From: Planktothrix sp. GU0601_MAG3
Lineage (GTDB): Bacteria > Cyanobacteriota > Cyanobacteriia > Cyanobacteriales > Microcoleaceae
Direction of reading: 5' to 3'
Assembly: GCA_035193785.1 (NCBI GenBank)
Contig: CP136572.1
Coordinates: 1,248,001 to 1,312,000, forward strand
DNA length: 64,000 nt
This document shows, piece by piece, positions 45,526 to 56,878 of the stretch. The notes under the pieces were generated by a model. It searched no databases and had not been told where the DNA came from. It saw only the letters and a program-made list of their open reading frames with translations. Within the stretch, counting starts at the first letter, position 1. Every line of letters begins with the position of its first letter. The position numbers and the translations under genes are program-made.

Positions 45526-45760
45526 GGTCTTCTAATTCCTGGGTAGACTGCCATCCGGGTTGCCATAAAGCCCGGTCTTGAAGTTGTTGGGCATTTAGCC
45601 AAAATCTCACCTTGGGGTCACAGGATGCCACCATTTCGGCAAATACCCATTTGCCTTGATTTTTGCGGTTCGCGACCTGGAAATGTCTCCAGCCCCAGGT
45701 TTTTTGATGGGATGTCCATTTAGAACCTAAAAGATAAGGGAATTTTTGCTTTTTTGCCAT
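45512..45760 (-). CDS. Trp-rich conserved small protein (TIGR02450-like)
   Basis: KFPYLLGSKWT...GWRHFQV...W.PGW. Confidence 0.85.
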   Translation of the reverse strand: MAKKQKFPYLLGSKWTSHQKTWGWRHFQVANRKNQGKWVFAEMVASCDPKVRFWLNAQQLQDRALWQPGWQSTQELEDLEPL

Positions 45761-45918
45761 GCTTAAGATCTGGACATCGGACAATAACAGTAATTGTTAA
45801 CGATTGTGACAGATTTTTGGCTCACTTGCCAAGGTGGTTTTTGAATACGACAGGTTGTCATAGTTTATGGTAGGATGTTTTTCAACGCTTAGAAGATTAC
45901 ATTTTTTAGAGGCAAGTT

Positions 45919-46332
45919 ATGAATCAGATGGTTTCAGTGTCCAAGCGGGTCGCCCTAGTTTTATCTGTGGCCTTTTTAATGATTAGCACGTTTGTTTTTG
46001 GTGTTGGTCAAGCCTCCGCAGAAACTTATACTGTGAAAATGGGTGCTGATTCGGGGATGTTAAAATTTGATCCGAGCAGAGTAGAAGTCAAACCGGGTGA
46101 TGTGGTTAAATTTGTGAATAACAAACTCCCTCCCCATAATGCAGTTTTTGATAAAGCCAAATCCCCATCAGCAGATGTGGCGGTGAAACTGTCCCATAAA
46201 GCATTACTTCAAAAACCGGGTGATTCCTTTGAAGTTGCCTTCACCGACGATATGCCTGCTGGTGTTTATTCCTACTATTGTGAACCCCACCGTGGCGCGG
46301 GTATGAACGGTGAAATTGTTCTGACAAAATAA
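45919..46332 (+). CDS. petE: Plastocyanin
   Basis: Signal peptide, [26 protein letters not shown]. Confidence 0.97.
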   Translation: MNQMVSVSKRVALVLSVAFLMISTFVFGVGQASAETYTVKMGADSGMLKFDPSRVEVKPGDVVKFVNNKLPPHNAVFDKAKSPSADVAVKLSHKALLQKPGDSFEVAFTDDMPAGVYSYYCEPHRGAGMNGEIVLTK

Positions 46333-46648
46333 TTAGAGTCTAGTTACTTTAATTTAATCGTTAACTTTGGGTAGTTTTTTGTTGGTTATCACACTAACAG
46401 GAGACTGCCCAAATGTTTTTGGGAATTACGAATTACGAATTACGAATTACGAATTGGGAGGAAAACAAAAAACTTCAAGTTTTTTTCCTAAACACTATGC
46501 AGGAGAATGCTTTAAAATTTCAGACTTTAGATGTTAAATTAAAGATAATTTTGTTTGAGTTTCCCCACCTTTAGTAGAAATAGCTAAAACGTTAAAATCA
46601 TCCCTAACCCAAAACCTAAAGTCCAAAATTGTCAATTGTTAACCGATG

Positions 46649-47140
46649 TTAGCGGAGGTATTTACCACCACCCCATTGTTCGGGACGAACTTTGGGTTCT
46701 AATAATAGATATCCAGCCAGATTATATAAATCATCTTCCGTCAGATTTCGCATGGCGACGAAAATATCTGAACTCTTGGTACTGGGATGGGTTTCAGAAA
46801 TTTCGTCTAGTCCATCATAGGTCGTGGGATTTTTGATAAAGTCGATCAGGGCGACAATATTATCGCGGGAGGGGGATGCCCCGGCTAAGGTTGCAGGACT
46901 AAGGTTAATATCAGGATTGGTTTTGGTCATCCCTAAAGCATGACAGGAAGCGCAGGCCTTATTAAATAGGTTTTTGCCCTTCTTCAGTTGTTTTTCGCTC
47001 AGAACAACGGTTTCGCCCTGGTCATTTAGGGGTAAAGTCCGAAGTTCTTGGGTCAAGTCTACCGCATTGGCATTCGTGACAAACAGTTGGAAGGTGAAAA
47101 ATACCGTGGCTATTGCCAGCCAAAAGTATCTTTTTAGCAT
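46649..47140 (-). CDS. psbV: Cytochrome c550
   Basis: CASCH, TKTNP, NPTTYDG, HPS, WGGGK. Confidence 0.97.
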   Translation of the reverse strand: MLKRYFWLAIATVFFTFQLFVTNANAVDLTQELRTLPLNDQGETVVLSEKQLKKGKNLFNKACASCHALGMTKTNPDINLSPATLAGASPSRDNIVALIDFIKNPTTYDGLDEISETHPSTKSSDIFVAMRNLTEDDLYNLAGYLLLEPKVRPEQWGGGKYLR

Positions 47141-47349
47141 GGTTCTCCTTATGACTAAGTTAGTGATTAAAAGCTAAATCCAGTCTTGGCTTGATCCGCG
47201 AACAGAAGTTAGTTAAGTTTGGGTTCAGGTTATGGAATGTCCCTGATCCCGGTAATTAGCTGATCGGCATTTGTCAATCGTCTATTGTTATTTACCACTT
47301 TTTACAATCTGCGAAATATAATTTCACAGAGGGTTAATCGGTGATTGAA

Positions 47350-47538
47350 CTATTGGGACTCTGGGGACTGGCTTTGGGCCGTGATTTGGGACATCAAAGT
47401 TTTGGCGTCCTCCAGGGCTAAACGGGTTTGAGAATGTTGATAGGCAATTCCCAGTTGGTCGCATAGTTTGAGTACAGTCTCAACGGGGAGATTGTAGTCC
47501 TCTGCTATTTCTGTGATGGACAGGTCGGCAAAACCCAT
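47350..47538 (-). CDS. Small IF-2 N-terminal-domain-like protein
   Basis: MGFADLSITEIAEDY...LCDQLGIAY...TRLALEDAK. Confidence 0.8.
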   Translation of the reverse strand: MGFADLSITEIAEDYNLPVETVLKLCDQLGIAYQHSQTRLALEDAKTLMSQITAQSQSPESQ

Positions 47539-47648
47539 AAGTCTGTTTAAACAATAGGTCTTGATCAAAAATTATAGGAACCTTTGGTATCTTATGAAAA
47601 CCAACAATTTGATCGCGATCGCCACTAAATACCGCCCAACAGTTCCCA

Positions 47649-48611
47649 CTAGACTGACTTAGAGGGTGAGATGCCCTGAGACAAGTCTATGGGTGTATGA
47701 CCCGAGGTTAGGGGTGTAACTTCAGCAGTATGGGATAAAGGCTGGGAAGTTTGGGGATGACGATGGAGACGAATCAATTGGGCCAGAGTTTTTTTGAGTT
47801 GGGTACGGGGGACAATGGCATCCACAAACCCATAGTTCAATAGGTATTCTGAGGTTTGGAAATCATCGGGTAATTTCTCTCTCAGGGTTTGTTCAATTAC
47901 CCGTCTTCCGGCAAAACCAATAGTTGCTTTCGGCTCGGCTAAAATCATATCCCCTAACATGGCAAAACTAGCCGTCACCCCGCCGGTGGTGGGATGGGTG
48001 AGGACGGGAATATACAGCAGTCGGGATTTGCGGTGGCGATGCAAGGCGGCGGAGATTTTCGCCATCTGCATCAGACTTAACATTCCTTCCTGCATCCTCG
48101 CGCCCCCCGAGGCACAAATAATGACGACGGGATAGCCTTCATTACTGCCATGTTCAATCAGACGGGTGAGTTTTTCCCCGACCACCGAACCCATACTGCC
48201 GCCCATAAACCGGAAGTCCATGACTCCCAGGGCCACGGGTTCGCCCTCAAGTAACCCAATTCCGGTTTGTACTGCATCGGATAATCCGGTTTTTTCCCGG
48301 GTTTCTCGCAGTCGATCACTGTAGGATTTGCGATCGCGGAATTTCAGGGGATCAACTGCATACATTTCGGCATCTAAAGCCATCCAAGTATTCGGATCAA
48401 TCAATTGCCCAATTCGCTCATCGCTATTGACCATGAAATGATGATCGCATTCCAAACAAACCTTATTATTGGCCTGTAGGTCTTTGGCATAAGTTAAAGC
48501 ATTACACCGTTCGCACTTCACCCATAGCCCATCAGCAATTTCCCGTTCTTGGGGTTCAGGATTGCTTGGTAATAATTTGCGCCGATTTGCGAACCAATCA
48601 AATAGAGACAT
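47649..48611 (-). CDS. accD: Acetyl-CoA carboxylase carboxyltransferase beta subunit
   Basis: Zinc finger (CERC...CLEC), [31 protein letters not shown]. Confidence 0.97.
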   Translation of the reverse strand: MSLFDWFANRRKLLPSNPEPQEREIADGLWVKCERCNALTYAKDLQANNKVCLECDHHFMVNSDERIGQLIDPNTWMALDAEMYAVDPLKFRDRKSYSDRLRETREKTGLSDAVQTGIGLLEGEPVALGVMDFRFMGGSMGSVVGEKLTRLIEHGSNEGYPVVIICASGGARMQEGMLSLMQMAKISAALHRHRKSRLLYIPVLTHPTTGGVTASFAMLGDMILAEPKATIGFAGRRVIEQTLREKLPDDFQTSEYLLNYGFVDAIVPRTQLKKTLAQLIRLHRHPQTSQPLSHTAEVTPLTSGHTPIDLSQGISPSKSV

Positions 48612-48796
48612 TAAAAATTGTTTTAACTTTTGCTGTTTCCAGTTTAAGACCGTGAGGCGTTTGGAAATTTGGGGATTCCCGTTGGCCCCAGGATTAAATT
48701 TCAGATCTATATCATAATAGAACGATCTATAGCAAGTCTTAACGTTTAATCTACGGATTCTAAATTCTTCATCAATGGGGCTGAATCGGAGCCATG

Positions 48797-49600
48797 CTAA
48801 TTGACGATGGGAAAAAATAAACCTAGATAGGTGGAGAGGATTTCATGCCCCCAGAGGGCAGTAATAGCAGCACCCAGGGCGAGAAAGGGGCCGAAGGGGA
48901 TGGGTTGACGGCGATTGATTAAACCGAGTGCGAGCGCCCCTCCCCCGACTACGGCTCCGAATAGGCAAGCGATAAATCCGGCTACGAGTAAGTATTTCCA
49001 CCCTAGCCAAGCCCCCATCAAAGCTGCGAGTTTACTATCTCCGGCCCCCATGGCCGTTTGTCCCATAGCCAGGGTTCCCACAAAGGATATGATGTCAAAT
49101 AACCATAATCCCAGCACCGCCCCAATGATCCCCGTGATTAACCCGTAACTGGGGGTTGAGGACTGGCTGAGTTGAAATCCTAAACCCAATACTAGCCCCG
49201 ACTGGGTGAGAACATTCGGGAGGGTATAGGTATCTAGGTCAATCAGGGATAGGGCAATTAACCAACTGAATAACACCCAATACCCGAATATTTGGGGGAG
49301 GGTGGAAAAGCTCAAAAATATGATTAAAAATAAAAGTCCCGTAGTCGCTTCGACAATCGGATAGCGGCTGGAAATGGGTGCATGGCAATGTTTACAACGT
49401 CCCCTTAACCACAGCCAACCAAAGACGGGAATATTTTCTGAGGGACTCAACTGCGTTAAACAGTGGGGACAGCGAGAGGGGGGATGCAGTACGGATAAAC
49501 CCGCCGGAATTCGATAAATCACGACGTTGAGAAAACTGCCTATCGATGCTCCCAGGGCAAACACAATTAAATAGGCGGGTAAACTCAGTAGAATATTCAT
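48797..49600 (-). CDS. pilD: Type IV prepilin peptidase
   Basis: [37 protein letters not shown]. Confidence 0.94.
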   Translation of the reverse strand: MNILLSLPAYLIVFALGASIGSFLNVVIYRIPAGLSVLHPPSRCPHCLTQLSPSENIPVFGWLWLRGRCKHCHAPISSRYPIVEATTGLLFLIIFLSFSTLPQIFGYWVLFSWLIALSLIDLDTYTLPNVLTQSGLVLGLGFQLSQSSTPSYGLITGIIGAVLGLWLFDIISFVGTLAMGQTAMGAGDSKLAALMGAWLGWKYLLVAGFIACLFGAVVGGGALALGLINRRQPIPFGPFLALGAAITALWGHEILSTYLGLFFPIVN

Positions 49601-49628
49601 GTTTGACCTAAATTTCTGGCTTGGGCAG

Positions 49629-49892
49629 TTAAAACAAATCGGCTTCAATCTGTTCAAAGGGGATAAAATATTCCCCGGGGAGCAAAATCGGTTGACCGGA
49701 AAATAATAAGCAACTACGATGATTACTAGGATTGATGGCTACCCCCGACGGCCGCCGCATTCGTTGGGCGTGGACTTCTACATAGGTATGATAGATCTGT
49801 TTAGCCACCCTAATTAAGTCGGCATTAAGCTTATGGGAAAGGGTTTGAGGGTTAGCCAGAAATTCAGTTTGGAGTTGTAAGGCTTGTACCAT
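49629..49892 (-). CDS. Conserved hypothetical protein
   Basis: 87-aa ORF, RPSGVAIN...PILLPGEYFIPF. Confidence 0.7.
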   Translation of the reverse strand: MVQALQLQTEFLANPQTLSHKLNADLIRVAKQIYHTYVEVHAQRMRRPSGVAINPSNHRSCLLFSGQPILLPGEYFIPFEQIEADLF

Positions 49893-50008
49893 AGTTGACC
49901 CTCAATTACAAATTTTAGAGGAAAAAAACGATGTTAATTTAATATATAGCGATCCTAAATAGGTTGTAACATTTCAATACTAATATTAAACAGTCAGAAG
50001 TATTACCC

Positions 50009-50126
50009 CCTATTGCCTATTGCCTATTGCCTATTGCCTATTGCCTATTCCCTGTTCTCGTTCGACCGTTCGACAGGCTCACGGCTCACGACGCAGCCTG
50101 TTCCCTGTTCCCTATTCCCTATTCCC
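50009..50126. repeat. STRR array (CCTATTG/CCTGTTC)n containing a nested CGTTCGACAGGCTCACG element
   Basis: Tandem heptamers interrupted at 50059-50090. Confidence 0.85.
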
Positions 50127-50143
50127 TCTCAAATTAAAATTTT

Positions 50144-50935
50144 ATGATAAACGATAAACCAACTTTACTGGCACTTGATTTTGATGGGGTTCTTTGCGAT
50201 GGACTTCTGGAATATTTTCAAACCGCCTGGCAAACCTATTGTCAACTTTGGTCGAGTCCTCCAGATATTTTGCCGGAAGAATTGGCTCCTTTATTTTATC
50301 GAACTCGCCCGGTGATTGAAATTGGTTGGGAAATGCCTGTTTTAATTCGAGCTTTGGTTTTGGGAATTTCTGAGAGTGAAATTTTACAGAATTGGTCACA
50401 AATTGCCCATAATATTGTTACGGAAGAACAATTAAAAGCGGAGATCATTGGCCCCCATTTGGATAGGGTTCGGGATGAATGGATTAATAATGATTTATCT
50501 GGTTGGTTGGGATTACATCGGTTTTATCCGGGTGTAATTGAACGAATTGAACCTTTGATTGAAGATGGTTTTCCTGTTTATATTATTACCACAAAAGAGG
50601 AAAGATTTGTGCGATCGCTTCTCCAAGAACAAGGAATTACTATTCCTGAAAACCGAATTTTTGGCAAAGGCTATAAACGTCCGAAATATGAAATTCTACG
50701 GGAGTTATTAGCAAGTATTGAACCGACTCCGCATATTTGGTTTGTTGAAGATCGGTTACAGACCTTATTATCAGTACCACAACAACCGGATTTAAACAAC
50801 GTTCAATTATTTTTAGCAAATTGGGGTTATAATATTCAAAAAGAACGGGATTTAGCTTCGGAATCTTCAGCTATTCATTTATTATCTTTATCTCAATTTA
50901 GCCAAGAATTTTCCGCCTGGTTAACCGTTGAATAG
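50144..50935 (+). CDS. HAD-family hydrolase
   Basis: ALDFDGVLCD, ITTK, FVEDRL..L, WGYN. Confidence 0.9.
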   Translation: MINDKPTLLALDFDGVLCDGLLEYFQTAWQTYCQLWSSPPDILPEELAPLFYRTRPVIEIGWEMPVLIRALVLGISESEILQNWSQIAHNIVTEEQLKAEIIGPHLDRVRDEWINNDLSGWLGLHRFYPGVIERIEPLIEDGFPVYIITTKEERFVRSLLQEQGITIPENRIFGKGYKRPKYEILRELLASIEPTPHIWFVEDRLQTLLSVPQQPDLNNVQLFLANWGYNIQKERDLASESSAIHLLSLSQFSQEFSAWLTVE

Positions 50936-50964
50936 TACCATTTTTGTCCGATTATCTTCCTATT

Positions 50965-51846
50965 TTAGCCTTGATTTAAGGATTGAATATAATTGACTTC
51001 TTCTTGCCAATAGGATGGTAGGCTATTCCAGGGATCTTTGTCTGGACTATCAGGGCTATCATCGGTAATATAAATATATTGGATATTCCGTTCTACGGCT
51101 TTGTCAATATGGCTTTTCATCGTGGCTACATCGGGTACGGTATGAATTAAGGTCGAAAAACGTTTAGCATCATAATTACTGACATAGGGAGAAGGTTGAT
51201 ATTTCGGCCATTCCTTAGAATAATTCTCAAAAATGATAGCAATATCCGCGGCGGGTTTACTCAGATATCCTTCGTCTGGATGAGTTCCTTGATTCAATAT
51301 AACGGTATCTAAATTGGGTTTGGCTTTAGTATAGTTATATATTTCCTGATAGTAGTCTAATTTATCCTTTCCACTCGCGGCTTCATCGAAAAAAATGCCC
51401 CGAAGATCGTAGTATTTACTATAGAGATCAATATCGGTTTTGACTTGCTGAATATCCCGCTTGCCATAGTTAGTCGCAACATATCCTAAGATCTTAATAT
51501 TATCTTGACGCAGATCATTTAGACCTTTGGTATAGTCCTGATTAGGCGGACTTCCACCGGGGCCATTATTCGGATTAATTACGGCTATGACGGGTACTTT
51601 TTTGGCTGCTTTGACAACTTCCGGCCAAAAATAAGTCTTTTGATTATACCAAGTGGGATAGGAATATAGGGGAATTAGCAGTTGCATTTTAGTCAGATGT
51701 TCCGGCTGTTTTGCTGAACAGACTGTTAATAAAGATGACAACAAAAATATCACAGTCAAAGTGCTAACTTTAGCGTTAAAACCAGGTATTTGTGGGCAAA
51801 ATATCTGGAGAAACTGTTTCTTGACGTTTGCTAACCAGGCTTTCAT
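50965..51846 (-). CDS. Spherulation-specific family 4 (Sph4/GH135-like) exported protein
   Basis: LIPLYSYP, INPNNGPG, LGYVATNYG, GIFFDE, YITDD...PWNSLPSYW. Confidence 0.88.
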   Translation of the reverse strand: MKAWLANVKKQFLQIFCPQIPGFNAKVSTLTVIFLLSSLLTVCSAKQPEHLTKMQLLIPLYSYPTWYNQKTYFWPEVVKAAKKVPVIAVINPNNGPGGSPPNQDYTKGLNDLRQDNIKILGYVATNYGKRDIQQVKTDIDLYSKYYDLRGIFFDEAASGKDKLDYYQEIYNYTKAKPNLDTVILNQGTHPDEGYLSKPAADIAIIFENYSKEWPKYQPSPYVSNYDAKRFSTLIHTVPDVATMKSHIDKAVERNIQYIYITDDSPDSPDKDPWNSLPSYWQEEVNYIQSLNQG

Positions 51847-51994
51847 AATTGTAGAACAAGTTGGGTGAAGTTTTCAACCGCATATTCCGCAGATTATAAC
51901 ATTGTTTATTTTAAGACTGCCTGATCTGCGATATACTTTTAACTATGTTCAGGGGGTAGGCTTAGGCGACCCTACTTTGTTAAGTTAAAAAAAA

Positions 51995-52312
51995 ATGGGT
52001 TGGATTTATTTAATTTTAGCCGGACTATTTGAATTGGGATTTTCTAGTTTTCTTAAACTCTCAGAAGGACTAACAAAACTCCCGGCAATTTTAGCGTTTA
52101 TTGGCTTTGGGGCGTTAAGTTTTGGGTTTTTAAGCAAGGCTATGCAAACCATTCCCCTTGGCACTGCTTACGCTGTTTGGACAGGAATTGGAGCATTAGG
52201 AACAATAATTGTTGGAATTATTTTTTTTAAAGATCCTGTTAGTTTAGGGCGTTTATTTTTCGTGGGTTTATTAGTAGTTTCTTTAATTGGTTTAAAAGCA
52301 ACTTCTTCCTGA
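51995..52312 (+). CDS. SMR/DMT-family small multidrug transporter (SugE/Gdx-like)
   Basis: WIYLILAGLFE, IPLGTAYAVWTGIG, IGLK. Confidence 0.9.
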   Translation: MGWIYLILAGLFELGFSSFLKLSEGLTKLPAILAFIGFGALSFGFLSKAMQTIPLGTAYAVWTGIGALGTIIVGIIFFKDPVSLGRLFFVGLLVVSLIGLKATSS

Positions 52313-52323
52313 TTTAATTCATA

Positions 52324-53598
52324 TTATTTTTCCTCCTCAACATACATCTTTCCATTGGGCATTGTTGCTCCTTTTAACTGAACATCGCGTAAATTTGCTC
52401 CCTCTAAATCTGCCCCTTTTAAATTAGCACCGCGTAAATTTGCTCCTTGTAAATAGGCATTTTGGAGGTTAGCTTTACTTAAATTAGCACCGCGTAAATC
52501 TGCTCTTGCCAAATTAGCTTCTTGTAAATTAGCCCGTTCTAAATACGCCCCTAATAAATTAGCCCGTTCTAATTTTGCACCTTTTAAATTTGCTTTTTGC
52601 AAATCCGTATCTTCTAAACTAGCTCCTTCTAATACAGCATCAATTAATTGAGCTTGATTCAAGTTAGCTTGATTAAGTTTAGCATAGCCTAACTTAGCTT
52701 TTTCTAAATTAGCCTTTTCTAAATTAGCTTTTTCTAGTTTTGCTAACCATAACACGGCTTCTGATAGGTTAGCATTTGTTAAATCAGCCCCATTCAACAT
52801 AGCATTTCCCAAATTGGCTTTAGTTAAATTAGCTTCGGTTAAAATTGCATTTTGTAAATTAGCTTCTGCTAAGTTAGCATTTGTTAAATTAGCCCCATTC
52901 AGATTAGCATTTCCTAATTTTGCCTGTTTCAGATTCGCTGAAGTTAAATTAGCAGTCAATAAATTAGCTGATTCTAAATTAGCCGATTCTAAATTGACTT
53001 GACGTAAATCAGCCTGTATAAATATAGTATTATTGAGTTGAGTATTTTTTAAGTTAGCTTGCCATAAATTAGCCTGTTGTAAATCAGCATTATTCAGGTT
53101 TGCTCCGGTTAAATTAGCATATCCTAAATTAGCTCTTGCCAGTTGACTATCGCGTAAATCAGCCCCGGCTAAGGTCGCACCGCGTAAATCAGCTAACTCT
53201 AAATTTGCATCATTCAAATCGGCATTTTCTAAGTTGGCTTTCCATAAATAGGCTTCTCTTAAATTAGCTTTTTTTAAATTAGCTTTACTCAAATTACATT
53301 CAGGACATTTATTTGTTTGTAACAGAGTTTCTTGGGGGTTTTGAGGTTTATTCTTTGAAGATGATGCGGTTAAACGAGATTTTTCGGTTTGCAAACTGTG
53401 ACTCAGGCGACTATTTTCCACCCAAATCCCCATCGCTATTAATGTACTTAAAACCGCTACAACTGGCAAAATGATATTGGCAATTGTTTTCCTCGGTAAT
53501 CGGGTTAAAGGGTCTGATTTTTTACCTAAATCCGGTGATTCTAAACTGGACAAGGGATTGGGAGAATCAAAGTGTTCTTTTGAGTTCGGTTCTAGCAT
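52324..53598 (-). CDS. Membrane-anchored pentapeptide-repeat protein
   Basis: TM segment, TNKCPECNL, long A(N/D)LxX repeats, GATMPNG. ATG 53598 is likely. Confidence 0.93.
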   Translation of the reverse strand: MLEPNSKEHFDSPNPLSSLESPDLGKKSDPLTRLPRKTIANIILPVVAVLSTLIAMGIWVENSRLSHSLQTEKSRLTASSSKNKPQNPQETLLQTNKCPECNLSKANLKKANLREAYLWKANLENADLNDANLELADLRGATLAGADLRDSQLARANLGYANLTGANLNNADLQQANLWQANLKNTQLNNTIFIQADLRQVNLESANLESANLLTANLTSANLKQAKLGNANLNGANLTNANLAEANLQNAILTEANLTKANLGNAMLNGADLTNANLSEAVLWLAKLEKANLEKANLEKAKLGYAKLNQANLNQAQLIDAVLEGASLEDTDLQKANLKGAKLERANLLGAYLERANLQEANLARADLRGANLSKANLQNAYLQGANLRGANLKGADLEGANLRDVQLKGATMPNGKMYVEEEK

Positions 53599-53797
53599 TT
53601 TTTCTAGTGATTCTATCCTTTTGGGCTTGACAGAAGGCAATTATGTCTTAACTTTCATAACACAATTTTCTACCGATGAGGAGGGGGTTAAGTCTCCAAA
53701 CCGAGATAATTTTTTTCATAATTTTATCCTAAATTAATATAATTTGTACAATTTATTGCCAATATAGCTATAATATAATAGTTCTGATTATAAGTCT

Positions 53798-56367
53798 ATG
53801 TCACAATGTGATTCTCCCCTTAATTCCCAACAACATCGCCTAAAACTGACCATTCAAGGAACAGTGCAAGGCGTTGGCTTTCGTCCGTTTATTTATCGCC
53901 TCGCAACGGAGTTAAACTTGACGGGATGGGTGAATAATTCGGTTAGGGGTGTCTTAATTGAAGTGGAAGGTTTGCGGGAGAATTTAGAACAGTTTAAAGA
54001 TCGAATTTTACAGGAAAAACCTCCCCAATCTGAAATCCAAAGTTTAGAATCACTTTGGTTACCAATTCTGGGTTACTCTCAATTTGAAATACAGGTTTCT
54101 GAATCCACAAACCATCCTCAAAAAACCGCTATTATTTTACCGGATTTATCGACCTGTTCTGACTGTTTACAGGATATTTTTGATCCAGAAAATCGCCGTT
54201 ATCAATACCCCTTTACTAATTGTACCAACTGTGGGCCGCGTTATTCAATTATTCGGGATTTACCCTATGATCGAAATCAGACCACCATGGCAATATTTAC
54301 TATGTGTTCCGATTGTCAAAAGGAATATCATAATCCCTTAAATCGTCGGTTTCACGCCCAACCTAATGCTTGTCCCGCTTGTGGGCCACAATTAGAATTA
54401 TGGGATAAAAACGGTAAGGTTATTGCTAGTTTAAATCAAGCTCTCAAACAAGCTGCGGATATTATTATTTCAGGTAAAATTTTAGCGTTAAAAGGATTAG
54501 GTGGATTTCATTTAATTGTTGATGCGAGGAATGAAATCGCCGTCCAGAATTTACGTCAACGTAAACGCCGCCCCGCTAAACCTTTGGCGGTTATGTATCC
54601 TAATTTAGAACAGGTAAAACAGGATTGTTTGGTTTCGGAATTGGAAGAAAAGTTATTATCTTCTCCTGCTACTCCGATTGTTTTGTTACGTCAAAAGGCT
54701 ACAAGGATTTCTCCCTCGGTAGCACCGGAAAATCCATACTTAGGGGTGATGCTACCCTACACCCCCATCCATCATTTATTATTAGCAGAATTGAACTTTC
54801 CTGTCGTCGCAACCAGTGGAAATTTTGCTAGTGAAACCGATTTGTATTGATGAAGCGGAAGTGGTGACTCGCCTGAATACCATAGCGGATTTTTTCTTAG
54901 TTCATAACCGCCCCATCCTTAGACCTATTGATGATTCGATTGTTAGAATTATTGCTAATCAAGAAATGGTGCTGCGTCGGGCGAGGGGTTACGCTCCCTT
55001 ACCGATTTCCCTACCTGACCCTATAGGCGCAAACAGATCCCCATTCTATCAATTTAACTTTAGTTTATCACAGTCTGCTGATTTGTCAATAGAAAAGCCC
55101 ATAAAAATTTTAGCTTTAGGCGGACATTTAAAGAGTACAATTGCGATAGCCTTCGGCTGGGCGGAGCCCATCGCATTTAATCAAAAAGCCTTCTTAAGTC
55201 AACATATTGGGGACTTAGAAAACCCCCTAGCTTTAGCAGCATTTCAAGAGGTGATTAATAGTCTGAGTAATATCTATGATTTTCAACCTAATATCATTGT
55301 TTGTGACGCTCATCCCGACTATTATTCGACGCAATTTGCAGAAAAGTTATCTCAACAAAATCAACAACAGCTAGAAACCTTAACAACTATTCCGATAGTC
55401 CGAGTTCAACATCATATCGCCCATGTTTTTGCTGTCATTGCTGAACATAATTTATCACTTCCCCTGCTGGGAATTGCTTGGGATGGAAACTGGATATGGA
55501 CTCGATGGCACTATTTGGGGGGGAGAGTTTTTTCAAGTTACAGAAACCCAAATTCAACGTATTGCTTCCTTTCGTCAGTTTCCCCTTCTTGGGGGAGATA
55601 AAGCAATATCTGAACCTCGAAGAATTGCGTTAGGATTACTCTATGAATTATGGGGAAATGACCTATTTAATTCTGGGATGAATTTAGAGTTTATGGCATC
55701 TTTTCAACCCCAAGAATTAAAAATTATGCAAACTATGTTAAACCGCCAATTAAATACCCCCCTAACTTCTAGTGTGGGTAGGTTATTTGATGGAGTTGCT
55801 AGTTTATTAGGAATTTGTCAAAAGGTGAGTTTTGAGGGCGAAGCGGCTATGGCCTTAGAATTTGCTATTGATAATTTAGAAATAGATGAATATTACCCGT
55901 TTGCATGGTTAGATACCCCCCAGCATCTTTTAGAAAAGGGGGAGAATAGAAGGGATTTTGATCCCCCCCAACCCCCCTTAAAAAGGGGGGAGAATATTGG
56001 TAATATGAGTTATAGTTGTAGGTATTATCTTAATTGGGAACTAATAATTAAAGGGATATTAGAGGATAAAATCAACCAAAAACCGATTAATTTAATTGTA
56101 GCTAAATTTCATAATAGTTTAGTGGAAGCGGTGGTAGAAATTAGTAAGAAATTAGGCGAAAAAACTATAACTTTAAGTGGGGGATGTTTTCAGAATAAAT
56201 ATTTAATTGAACGCACAATATCCCGGCTTTGTCAAGAAAAATTTCAGGTTTATTGGTCACAAAAAAATCCCCCAAATGATGGAGGAATAGCCCTAGGACA
56301 AGTCGCATTTTTAATTAATCATCAACAATTTGCGCCCAATCAGGGAAAGAGGGAGGAAAGTAGTTGA
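53798..56367 (+). CDS. hypF: Hydrogenase maturation carbamoyltransferase HypF (two indels ~54835, ~55490)
   Basis: GTVQGVGFRPF, CSDC/CTNCGPRY/CPACGP, KGLGGFHL, VQHHIAH, SSVGRLFD, SGGCFQN, PPNDGGIALGQ. Confidence 0.95.
55143..55174. mobile_element. 24-bp SDR5-like double-hairpin insertion in a HIP1 site, in frame within hypF
   Basis: GCG-[ATAGCCTTCGGCTGGGCGGAGCCC]-ATCGC; removing the insert restores GCGATCGC. Confidence 0.75.
55912..55993. repeat. In-frame CCCCCCAACCCCCCTTAAAAAGGGGGG-type palindromic repeats within hypF
   Basis: One degenerate and one canonical copy of this cyanobacterial dispersed repeat, translating as TPQHLLEKGE...PPQPPLKRGE. Confidence 0.75.
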
Positions 56368-56878
56368 TTTCATAATTAGAGTTTTCCCATTCTTGTACCC
56401 AGAGGGGAATTTTTCCCGGTTCAGGAGTACGAGCAAATTGTCTTTCCTTCACCTCAATGATCCGAAAAATTTGCTTGAGGGTATCTCCTCTGTCCAAAGC
56501 CTCACAAAGCAGATCATCGAGTTCAGGAGCCACCCGTTTGACTCGGGTTTTTTCATCTTCAACCCACAATAATTTTAAAGACTCTAAATTGCGGGGACTT
56601 AACTTACTTTTAAAATAGACTCGCTTGAGGGTCGCAACTGGGTCTAAACTGCGTTCCACTCGACGAATTTGTTGTAAACGAAGGTAATGCCATTCCGCTA
56701 ATCTTAAGCGTTCTTCAGGACTAATTAACTGTTTGCTAGTGGCGTGTCTCAAACCATATTTCGCTTGAGAACAACCTAAATTTGCTAACAGATGAATTAA
56801 CTCTCGTTCCTTCGGTGTTGCCTGTCGTCGAACGATCGTATTAGTTGCTGCACGTTGCCTTTTGGTTTCCGTTTCCAT
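56315..56878 (-). CDS. Hypothetical protein (basic, helical)
   Basis: 187-aa ORF with ATG; 3' end overlaps the hypF 3' end by 53 bp; no recognised motif. Confidence 0.65.
   Translation of the reverse strand: METETKRQRAATNTIVRRQATPKERELIHLLANLGCSQAKYGLRHATSKQLISPEERLRLAEWHYLRLQQIRRVERSLDPVATLKRVYFKSKLSPRNLESLKLLWVEDEKTRVKRVAPELDDLLCEALDRGDTLKQIFRIIEVKERQFARTPEPGKIPLWVQEWENSNYEINYFPPSFPDWAQIVDD

Noticed and set aside
51850..51994. Guanidine riboswitch upstream of the SugE-like gene
   Set aside because: No twin ACGR hairpins or guanidine-I/III features visible; only a short GTAG...CTAC hairpin.
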